From: Octopus sinensis
Lineage: Eukaryota
Assembly (NCBI RefSeq): GCF_006345805.1
Contig: NC_042998.1
Span: forward strand, 136,276,001-136,340,000
Reading direction: 5' to 3'
Length of the DNA: 64,000 nucleotides
Shown here piece by piece: positions 1 through 9,705 of this stretch. Both the position numbers and the translations under genes were made by a program. Under the pieces are notes generated by a model. It worked only from the letters and a program-made list of their open reading frames with translations. It did no database searches and had not been told where the DNA came from. Each line of letters opens with the position of its first letter. The first letter of the stretch is position 1.

Positions 1-1132
1 GGGAATGTGTGTCGTATTTGATGCATGGATGCCAGGAAAATTTGTCCTGAGTACCACATGTATTCGACAGGACAGGACAAAGGGTTAAATTGAAGTCATC
101 TTAGAACAGAACTTTAGATACACATGTATAAGAAATACTTTGGAGAATCTCTTTGCAATATAGCAATAAAAACAAACTGTTTTATCTAGTTTATTAATTT
201 AACCCATCCAATTGATATTTCTAGACTCATTATTATACACTGATTAGTTCATACTAGTGTTCTCTCATCTATGTAGTTATAGTAAAAATATTTTGGTCAA
301 GAATCATTATCATTATCATCTTCATCATTTATCGTCCATTTTCCATGTAGACATGGGTTGGATAGGATCTGATGAGCTGCAGAACTTCGTCAGGCCCTAA
401 TATCAGCTTTGGTATGGTTTCTACAACTGGATGCACTTTCTAATGTTAAAAAGTTTTATTTAAAAGTTATGCTTTTCATTCAGCAGCATGTTTTGAAACT
501 AAATGGAAGTGGATCTTCATTCAAAGATGAAGTTTCAGTTGTTTGATCAACCGAATCACTTGCTTCTGAATTAACATGAAACTGGCTAAGTATTCCACAG
601 ACTAGCATGACACATGGTATGTGACATGGCTGTTCTTTTAAATTACAAAAACAGTTCAGCCAACATGCTTCTACAGAGTTTCAGTTTACCGATTTCATTA
701 ACTAGGTCAGCCCAAAATTATAGAAAATTCTATTTACCCAAGATTCCAAGTTATGAGATTGAAACCAGGACTTCATAGTTATGGAGCAAACTTCATAAAC
801 AATTTGTATCAACTGAAGCTTAATACAGTATGCATAAACTATAATGCATACAGTATGCGTAAGCTTATAATCTGGCAAAAATAAAAAGATCAAAGCTCCT
901 TCCCGAGCCATAGGATCATAAGGCCAGTTTTGGGGATTTTGTGGTCTTTATGTTCCTTCTTGGATGAATGCTAGTCCATTGCATGATTGCTCATTTTCAC
1001 CAGCAGAGTGGAGTGGAGCAATGTGAAATGAAGTGTTTTGTTCAAGAACACAATGCATCATGCAGTCTAGGAATTGAAACCATAATCTTATGATCATGAG
1101 AGCAGCACCCTAACCACTAGGCCATGCACTTT

Positions 1133-1704
1133 CACATAGCTTATAATACAAATATATTATAGCTTATAATACAAATGTATTGCAATAAGCTATAACGTAA
1201 ATGTACTTTAGCTTAGTGCTTTCGGCATTCTACGAAGCTTTGTTCTCATAGGATATGCTCTTACATTAATATTTCTAGCATGGACCTCTCCATGATCCTT
1301 TGTGTTGTAGCCAATTGATGTTCTTCCTTCTTTGTAGTAGCTTACCTCTCACTTGTGTATAAGACTGCAAATGTTGAGTAGCATTCAAGAAATCAGAAAA
1401 GGTCACTTTAAAGGCCTCCAAGATAATAGAAAGACAATTTAGTTAAACAATTTGGGCCAAGATGGAAAAGAATGATGCAACCAAGAAAGAATTGGAAGTG
1501 CTTCATATTATACAGACAAGAAAGTAATATTCTGAATATAGTGTAGCTGTGAAAACATCAGAAAAATTGGGTATCTTACCCTTATAAGACAAAAAGGATG
1601 CTGGCAGAATACTGAAAGCGCAAAGCTATTGTATATTTACAATATAGTTTTCTGTAATACATTTGTATTATAAGCTATAATATATTTCTATTATAAGCTA
1701 TGTG
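1133..1704. mobile_element. Non-autonomous TIR element (MITE-like), about 105-bp inverted arms each containing a 23-bp direct repeat
   Basis: 1133-1238 is the reverse complement of 1600-1704; the outer 49 bp differ at 1 position (CACATAGCTTATAATA[C/G]AAATATATTATAGCTTATAATACAAATGTATT) and the inner part is more diverged. No recognisable transposase inside; TSD ambiguous. Confidence 0.8.
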
Positions 1705-2688
1705 GTAAAGGCTGTCTGCTGGCCACCTTTCCCATCTTAAAAGGGTAAAATACCTAATCTTTCTGCTGCTTTCATGGCTATACTGCATTCAAAATATTAC
1801 TTCCTTGTCTGTATATGAAACACATTCGATGTTTCCAAAAACAAAAAAAAAAGTTTGTTTACATATGTAATTGGAAGTGGATTGTGACAGCAGTGTACAA
1901 CAACATCTGGTCAATAAAGTGATTACAACTTAATAAACTAAATTACAAAAACGAAAAGTAATTTTGAAAAATATTTCTTATTTTCAGTGCTTTCATTGAA
2001 AATCAGCTCAACAAAAATGACTGTTATTTATATCTCATTGCTATAAAAATTTGAAAAATAATGTTTTCACTAGGAGCTAACATTTTTTAAAATATAAACA
2101 TTGATGTTTTTTACTGTACTAATTGCTTATTTGTCACGTAACATTGTTGTTACTTGAAGTACTGCACATCATTAAGTTTTGATACAGCAGTATATATTGT
2201 AATACAGTAATGTTGCAATAAAAACAGTACACATTTTTTCCAGTTCACTGTAATGACTTATCTTTAAAATAGATATTTTAAAGAGCTAAGACACTCCTCA
2301 TAAACCATATTCAAAAGTGTGATTCTTTTTAAACTTATTAATGTATAGATATAAAAAAAAAACATTTCTAAATCCGAGATTATACTATTAATCCATTGTA
2401 ATACTATGTCTCAGAAGCAGAGAAATAACTAATTAATATCTGACTAATTGCTACAAGACCACTCATTAATCAATGGTTGATTGAATTTATCTCAGTGTTT
2501 ATTTTATTAATTCTGGAGGGATGAAAATCGAAGTGGATCACAGAGATATTAGTATAGAGAATAAAGAATACTGAACTGAAATTCTTTTAGACTTAGGCTC
2601 TACTTTTTCTGCCACTCCACTGCCTTAGTATATTCCATAAATACGCATATATATGAAAAGATATTTGTTTGTTTGTGTGTGTGTGTGT

Positions 2689-2736
<48 letters not shown>

Positions 2737-3184
2737 TGTGTGAGTGTGTGTATGTATGTGAATGTGAGTGAGTATATGCATGTGTGTGTGTGTTTGTTTT
2801 TTTTTGTTTGTTTGTCTTTGTGTGTGTGTGCCCATGCATGTGCCTGTAGCAATAAGTGCAGAAATTAAGAATTGCTTTTGCATTGCTATGCTGCAATGTG
2901 TTGGAATTTGGTAAATTCTTCATTTTAGTTATAAATTCTTTATTTTCATATTTAAGAAAGAAGATGATTCTTTAGATAATTGCAGAAAATATAGTTATCT
3001 ATTCACTTGATAATAATAGTAATGATAATAATGTGCCTGGAATTCTGTAACACATTTACCAAAAAGAACCTAGTTAAACACATAAAAAAAAATGAAAATG
3101 TCACCAAAAAATACCAGCCAAAAGTGCAATACTTTCTCTAATCTAATTGCATTCCAAATAGCAATAAGAAAAGGAGTCAAATAC

Positions 3185-4017
3185 CTTGAGATGTCTTGGT
3201 GTGATGTCCTTGCACAAAGAGACTTCTTTCTGTGACAAATCCACAGAAGACAGAGGGTAAACAACTTCTCCAATGATTTCATCTCGTGAGAACCTGTCAA
3301 AGCTGAGGACAACAAAGTGAAGGGTAATACCAGCTAGTTGGTTATAGCTAATACCATAGAATGTAAATGTTTCATCATAAACCGGATTCAGTGTCTTCCT
3401 GAGAACCCGAGTCTTGCATTTGTGCTTTTTCTCTGGAAGCAGTTGCAGTTTGATGTATGGATCACATCCTCCTATGCTTGGATCTCTTGGTGGAAGCTCT
3501 GAGGCTTGCAAGATTGTCACCAGCAGAGCATTTTTCTGAGAATCATATTCAGTTGAGAAATGAAGTGTTCCAAGATGCTGTGTTTTCAAGTCATCTTCGT
3601 GTTTCTCTCGCATACACTCATCCTTCTCAGGTGTTGCACCATCTTTTTCATTTTCGATACTATACTCGGCTTTCACATGGCCTGGGTCAAATTGTGATGG
3701 AAGAGGGCCTCCCCCTCCACCACTTGTCCCACTACCACTGCTTTGGCCCCTCTCGGCAAGACTTCCACCAATGTGCTCACCCGAGGAAGGATAGGTTGGG
3801 CTTGTTGCTTTAGATTTCATGATAACTTTTCGAGCTGAGGACGTCTTTTTCAAGTTTCCATTATTGCTCTCTTTCAGTCCCTTCTTAATGGCTGAAGAGA
3901 GTCGATTCTGTGCATTTTTGGCCAGCTGTCTTTTGTAGCATTTATAAGCAATGGCTGTAGCTGTACCAAACATTACCATGACACCAAAGCAAACTCCAAA
4001 AATAGCACTGGTAGAAA
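3185..4017 (-). CDS. SYT11: Synaptotagmin-4/11 orthologue, large internal coding exon (TM helix, linker, complete C2A domain)
   Basis: Translation STSAIFGVCFGVMVMFGTATAIAYKCYKR (TM plus basic stop-transfer) ... GTLHFSTEYDSQKNALLVTILQASELPPRDPSIGGCDPYIKLQLLPEKKHKCKTRVLRKTLNPVYDETFTFYG ... FVVLSFDRFSRDEIIGEV ... PRHLK. LSFDRFSRD carries the Syt4/11 Asp-to-Ser signature. Acceptor tttatgtttcag ends at 4018 (phase 1); donor AAG|gtattt starts at 3184 (phase 0). These phases match the vertebrate SYT4/SYT11 exon 2 as I recall it. Confidence 0.95.
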
Positions 4018-5746
4018 CTGAAACATAAAAACAAAAAGACAAAAATTAATTTATCAGAATTAATTCATTCATGAATATATTTAATCATCATCACCACCAC
4101 CACCACCATCACCACCATCAATGTTTTAATGTCCACTTTTCTATGCTTGTATGGGTCAAATAGAATTCAAGGATGCAGATTTTCTGTTGCTGGATGCCCT
4201 TCCTATCACCAACCTTCACAATATTCTAAGCAAGGTATTATTTTCCCAAGGCAGGACAGATTTTCATGCAACATTGGAAATGGAGGTCACTGCTGTGTGA
4301 CAGTGACACTTATTTTCATCTATTTCATAATGATAAGGAGACACAAAAAGACAAAAGACACACATACATATATATAACACAGATTTATATATATATAACA
4401 CAGATTTATATATATATATATATATATATAGGACAGATGTCTTTCAGTTTCTGTCAACCAAAGCCACTCACAAGGCTTTGGTCAACCCCAAGACTATAGT
4501 AGAAGACATTTGCCCAAAGACAACCCAAAACCATGTCAAGAAGCAAATTTTTTAATCACACAATCAGGTCTGCACCTATTCATAAACACATTTAATAAGC
4601 TCTGTTATCCTTCTCCTGTTATTTTCACTGTCTTATTTGTTTTCCAGCCCTTGTTTCAAGCATTTCACCAAACATTTTCTTTCCTAGCCATCTAACATAT
4701 TTAATGCATTTAATCTGTCAATTGACCAGTTGCTGGTCAATTGATGAGATAGTGTCTTTTATGGGCTTACTGCATTAAAAACACATTAAACACCAGACAG
4801 TGACAAAAATTGTCCCACCAGCAGCCAGTAAGAACACCAGATGCATTTCAGTCCTTTTGATACTTATTGTATTTTTAACACAGAAAATCCGTTAGAAGTA
4901 CTATTTCAGGACATATACTGCAGTAGCTGCTTGATCAACAGTGTAAATACATTAAGTATGATATGGAGATCATCATCATCATTTAGCATCCATTGTTTAT
5001 GCTGGCATGGATTGAACAGTGTGACCAGAGCTAGCAAGCTGTGGCAGTTGTACCGGACTCCAGTCTAATTTGGCATGGTTCTTACAGCTGGATGCCATTT
5101 CTAATGTTAACTGCTTTACAGAGTGTACTGGGTACTTTTACATGGTTCTACAAAGGCGCTTCTATGGGATGCCACCCAGACGCTTTTAGATAACACTGCA
5201 TGGGCACTTTTACATGGAATTGCATGGGTGCTTTTATGTGGCGTCGTACAAGCACTTTTATGTGGCATCATGGTGCTTTTATGTGATGTTGCATGGGTGC
5301 CAGATTTCTTCCCTAGAATTTCATCCTAGTTCAACTCACTTCCTATATATATTTAACCTTCAGTCTCTAACGAATAAACTCTAATTGTACTAATAGCTAC
5401 CATGTTATTCCTTCTCCAAACTAAAGAGGACCTAAATTAGCTCTTAAATTTAATGAATTAAAAATCTCAGAAAACAATCTCAGATTGATTGAATGCAAGT
5501 GGTGCAATATTTTAAAGCTAAAACTATTGGTTTTTACACAATATTTTGCCAAGAAACACAGAACAGGTACAATAATGAATTGGATTTTAATAGAGGAAAT
5601 TTAGTGTTACACTTCAAATACTGCAGTACTTCACTACTCTTTACATTTTTGGTGAACAAAAACTAAAAACTCTGAAGAAGCTTGTCACATATTCACACAC
5701 ACACACACACATTTATGCATGTGTGTGTGTATATATATATATATAT

Positions 5747-6169
5747 ATAATTAATCAATATAGGGTGGCAAAAAATTTTGTAGAATTTTTTTGCCACCAG
5801 CGGCCTAGTGGGAAAAAATTAAATAGTCATAGACCATTTTTAAGTTCAACATTCTAAGGGCCTATGGAAGATTGGCTTGATTTAATTTAATCAGGTTAGT
5901 TTACCATTAAACAGTAGATGAAACGGTGCATCGTATAAGAAATTACAGGGTAATGTTTTTTTAATTTTCTCCTGGTTTACGGAATTAATGTTATTTTGCG
6001 GTTGAAGCTTTGGCTGTTATTTCTAGTGGGTGAATGGCCTATTATGGCCGTTCCTTGATTGTGATGTTGAACTTAAAAATAGTCTATGACTATTTAATTT
6101 TTTCCCACTAGGCCGCTGGTGGCAAAAAAATTCTACAAAATTTTTTGCCACCCTATATTGATTAATTAT
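5747..6169. mobile_element. Foldback/MITE-like module with 106-bp terminal inverted repeats enclosing a copy of segment B (second copy 6590-7012)
   Basis: 105/106 identity between arms; each arm holds an internal hairpin GGTGGCAAAAAATT-ttgtag-AATTTTTTTGCCACC; junction microhomologies AT (5851-5852) and ATG (6064-6066). Confidence 0.7.
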
Positions 6170-6323
6170 GAATTTTCTGGTTAATTCCATAATGGAATCG
6201 GCGGCTTATATTTATTTGCTGCCGATAAATTTGGCGCGAGTGCGATGATTTGAAAATTTTAGGTCAGATATTGCCGAGGCAGGGACAGAAATGCCTCATG
6301 AAAATATCTGTTCCGATCTGGCT

Positions 6324-6430
6324 ATTTCTTACTGACGATTCTAAGGGCCTATGGAAGATTGGCTTGATTTAATTTAATCAGGTTAGTTTACCATTAAACA
6401 GTAGATGAAACGGTGCATCGTATAAGAAAT
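6324..6430 (+). ncRNA. Type I hammerhead ribozyme with extended stem II (Penelope/retrozyme type)
   Basis: Stem I ATTTCTTA 6324-6331 / TAAGAAAT 6423-6430; core CTGACGA 6332-6338; stem II T.T then TCTA/TAGA, ATGG/CCAT and a 13-bp G.U-rich hairpin; GAAA 6407-6410; near-palindromic stem III ACGGTGCATCGT; GUA triplet, predicted cut after 6422. Confidence 0.85.
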
Positions 6431-6551
6431 TACAGGGTAAATGTTTTTTAATTTTCTCCTGGTTTACGGAATTAATGTTATTTTGCGGTTGAAGCTTTGG
6501 CTGTTATTTCTAGTGGGTGAATGGCCTATTATGGCCGTTCCTTGATTGTGA

Positions 6552-6597
<46 letters not shown>

Positions 6598-7166
6598 TCA
6601 ATATAGGGTGGCAAAAAATTTTGTAGAATTTTTTTGCCACCAGCGGCCTAGTGGGAAAAAATTAAATAGTCATAGACCATTTTTAAGTTCAACATTCTAA
6701 GGGCCTATGGAAGATTGGCTTGATTTAATTTAATCAGGTTAGTTTACCATTAAACAGTAGATGAAACGGTGCATCGTATAAGAAATTACAGGGTAAATGT
6801 TTTTTAATTTTCTCCTGGTTTACGGAATTAATGTTATTTTGCGGTTGAAGCTTTGGCTGTTATTTCTAGTGGGTGAATGGCCTATTATGGCCGTTCCTTG
6901 ATTGTGATGTTGAACTTAAAAATAGTCTATGACTATTTAATTTTTTCCCACTAGGCCGCTGGTGGCAAAAAAATTCTACAAAATTTTTTGCCACCCTATA
7001 TTGATTAATTATGAATTTTCTGGTTAATTCCATAATGGAATCGGCGGCTTATATTTATTTGCTGCCGATAAATTTGGCGCGAGTGCGATGATTTGAAAAT
7101 TTTAGGTCAGATATTGCCGAGGCAGGGACAGAAATGCCTCATGAAAATATCTGTTCCGATCTGGCT

Positions 7167-7273
7167 ATTTCTTACTGACGATTCTAAGGGCCTATGGAAG
7201 ATTGGCTTGATTTAATTTAATCAGGTTAGTTTACCATTAAACAGTAGATGAAACGGTGCATCGTATAAGAAAT
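7167..7273 (+). ncRNA. Type I hammerhead ribozyme, second copy
   Basis: Identical to 6324-6430 shifted by 843 bp; core 7175-7181, GAAA 7250-7253, predicted cut after 7265. Confidence 0.85.
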
Positions 7274-7394
7274 TACAGGGTAATGTTTTTTTAATTTTCT
7301 CCTGGTTTACGGAATTAATGTTATTTTGCGGTTGAAGCTTTGGCTGTTATTTCTAGTGGGTGAATGGCCTATTATGGCCGTTCCTTGATTGTGA

Positions 7395-7450
<56 letters not shown>

Positions 7451-7496
7451 GTATATGTTTGTATATATATGAGTCGTGTATTATTAGAAATTATTG

Positions 7497-7712
7497 CAAA
7501 CCTATTTTTAATATCTTGAATGCATTTAATGCATACATTTCAAGTGGTTATGTAACAATTTGTTATGTGATTATACCATCTTCAGTTGTTTACAGGTGAA
7601 ATATACTTTATGTTTTTAAAGCACTGATGAAGATTTACTTACATAAAAAATTGTTAAATAGCCACTTGAAACAAATGTATTAAATGAGTTTGAAATATTA
7701 CTAATTGGTTTG
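7497..7712. repeat. Old diverged inverted repeat; each arm is a decayed hammerhead-like Penelope-type unit, head-to-head
   Basis: Arms 7497-7586 and 7622-7712 align after reverse complement. Minus arm: CTGAAGA-TGGT..ACCA-CTT-GAAA (7585-7538). Plus arm: CTGATGA..GCCA-CTT-GAAA-CAAATGT-A (7624-7679). Confidence 0.65.
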
Positions 7713-7771
7713 TGATTACTCTTGTCAGCTTGGAAAACAGATGCCAAATGGTAAGAAGGATGATCATGATA

Positions 7772-8302
7772 TCTATATATATAAAACTCTAGTTGTGTGA
7801 GTGTCTGTCCCCTTCGATTTAGATTCCTAACTCCTCCCACATTTTGCGGTGCAGTTTAACCAAATTCGGGTATCTTATAGTCGTGATTCATATCGAGCCC
7901 GTCTGACTATTAGCGCGCGTCAACGATGAGTCTACGATTTTAAAAATAATTTAACATCATTTTTTATTCCATTTTAATGCATAAAATGCATCGTGTGTCG
8001 ATAGCGGCGGAGTTGGCGTCCACGCTCACAGCTGCACCTGTTTGCTTCTCCCCCTTCCCTCCCTCGTGAAGCTGTGGGGAAGGGAGTGTAAAGAAATCAA
8101 CGTCGTAATGCGTTGTTAAGGAAACCAGCGTTCTTTTAGAACAACGACTTCATGGCTTGAAGACACTGAGTCAACGATTTAAAAAAAAAATTATCATCAT
8201 TTTTTATTCCATTTTTAATGCATTTTTTTGCTATAACTCTCTAAAAATGCTTATATAGTTATTTCCCTTACAAACCCGAGCAACGCCGGGCAATACTGCT
8301 AG
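7772..8302 (+). mobile_element. Non-autonomous Helitron, copy 1
   Basis: 5' a|TCTATATATATAAAAC; 3' hairpin CCCGAGCAACGCCGGG (8275-8290) then CTAG|t; no TSD; A|T target. Confidence 0.9.
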
Positions 8303-8304
8303 TA

Positions 8305-8699
8305 TCTTTATATATAAAACTGTAGTTGTGTGAGTGTCTGTCCCCTTCGATTTAGATTCCTAACTACTCCCACATTTTGCGGTGCAGTTTAACCAAAACC
8401 GGGTATCTTATAGTCGTGATTCATATCGAGCCCTTCTGGGTATTAGCGCTTGTCTACGATGAGTCTACGATTTTAAAAATAATTTACCATCATTTTTTTC
8501 CATTTTCATGCATATTTTTTTAAAGGGAAGTAACTCTCTAAAAATGTCTACGATGAGTCAGCGATTTAAAAAAAAATTTACCATCATATTTTTTCCATTT
8601 TTAATGCATTCTTTTTGCTATTTTTTGGCTATAACTCTCTAAAAATGCTGTATAGTTATTTCCCTTACAAACTCGAGCAACGCCGGGCGATACTGCTAG
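8305..8699 (+). mobile_element. Non-autonomous Helitron, copy 2 (shorter internal variant of the same family)
   Basis: 5' a|TCTTTATATATAAAAC; 3' CTCGAGCAACGCCGGG hairpin then CTAG|t at 8696-8700; lacks the GC-rich middle of copy 1. Confidence 0.9.
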
Positions 8700-9244
8700 T
8701 ACAAATATATATGTGTATTTACAGTTTCTGTCAACCAAATACCATCCACAAAGTATGTTTTTGGTCAATCTGATGCTACATTTAAAAATGCTAATATCAA
8801 GTACCATTCCATGGAATCATCCAAAACAATATGATTGTGAAGAGCTCCTGTTAACCACACTGGTATGAATACATGTCTCTTTAAAATGTTTTGCTCTTCT
8901 CAGTGTGACTATAAATCTGTCTTCTAAACGATTGTGTTGAAGAATACATGAAAACAAAGCTATTTTTTATTACTGTAAATGCCTTCTAGAATACATATTA
9001 GACTTGAAAAGTTTGACTAATACAACTGATAGTTAATTGTTATTCCACTTTGATGTCTTATTTCAGGCATTAAAAAATCACAAGCAATAAAAATTTCCAT
9101 TTCAGAATATTAATTGCTTAAATTCTAGTTTTATGTGCATTCTTTAAAACTGGAAATTGGACTTCTCCATGTTTGCTGAATATTTAAAGTAATTTTTTTA
9201 TACCAAGACTTTATTATTATTATTATTATATTATTATTATTATT

Positions 9245-9705
9245 AAGGCAGCAAGCTGGTAGAATTGTTAGCATGCCAGGTAAAATGCTTAGCTGTATTT
9301 TGTCCGTCTTTACATTCTGAATTCAAATTCCGCCAAGGTCGACTTTGTCTTTCATCCTTTTGAAGTTGATAAATTAAGCATCAGTGAAACACTGAGGTCG
9401 ATGTAATCAACTCTTCCCCTCCCCCAAAATTGTTGCCGTTGAGGCAAAATTTGAAAGCATTATCATTATTATAAGGCAGTGAGCTGGCAGAATCATTAAC
9501 ATGCTGGACGAAATGCTTAGTGGTATTACGCTTGTCGCTATATTCTGAGTTCAAATTATCGAGGTCAACCTTGCTTTTCATCCTTTCAAGGGGGATAAAT
9601 TAAGTACCAGTGAAACACTGGAGTCGAGGTAATCAGCTAGTCCCCTTCCATCAAATTTATACAGCTCAGTATTTTCAGTTCTTGTGCCTTTAGTAGAAAG
9701 GATTA
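9245..9705 (+). mobile_element. Two tandem copies of the abundant tRNA-headed SINE; further copies around 18.3, 21.1, 28.3, 36.6, 39.4, 40.1, 43.3, 46.9, 54.1 and 58.2 kb
   Basis: Recurring GGCAG.GAGCTGGCAGAAT.GTTAGCA...TTCTGAGTTCAAATT..GCC.AGGTC.ACTTTGCCTTTCATCCTTT..GG.T.GATAAA.TAAGTACCAG with A/B-box-like motifs and a (TTA)n tail; seen in both orientations. Confidence 0.8.

Larger units (their letters stand above)
5747..7396 (+). repeat. Two head-to-tail copies of an 843-bp-period composite unit: A(106 bp)-B(216 bp)-A'(inverted A)-C(168 bp)-B-(AT)n
   Basis: Unit 1 5747-6553, unit 2 6590-7396. A 5747-5852, A' 6064-6169; B copies 5851-6066, 6338-6553, 6694-6909, 7181-7396; C 6170-6337. The single A/A' mismatch (agaCcatt vs agaCtatt) is the same in both units. 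Confidence 0.95.

Noticed and set aside
1346-1364. 19-nt minus-strand micro-exon (TTGCAG|...|GTAAGC) as the next synaptotagmin exon
   Set aside because: It would shift phase, lies inside the TIR element, and what follows does not encode C2B.
1-3184. Synaptotagmin C2B exons
   Set aside because: No GEL..SL.Y or KKKT.VKK-like coding found; presumably outside the window.
3457-3813. 118-aa plus-strand ORF
   Set aside because: Antisense shadow of the synaptotagmin exon; no recognisable features.
3143-4042. The 299-aa ORF as a complete single-exon protein
   Set aside because: MSFCFYV and VFDSFSYCYLECN are read-through into introns; splice sites at 4018 and 3184 bound the real exon and C2B is absent.
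6170-6250. NSIMESAAYIYLLPINLARVR* in segment C as the end of a Penelope endonuclease
   Set aside because: Only a faint ES..I..N resemblance over 20 residues; too weak to call.
5851-7396. Four B repeats as a CRISPR-like array or a palindromic viral terminus
   Set aside because: Repeats are 216 bp, spacers are themselves repeated, there are no cas or viral genes, and the context is a eukaryotic intron.
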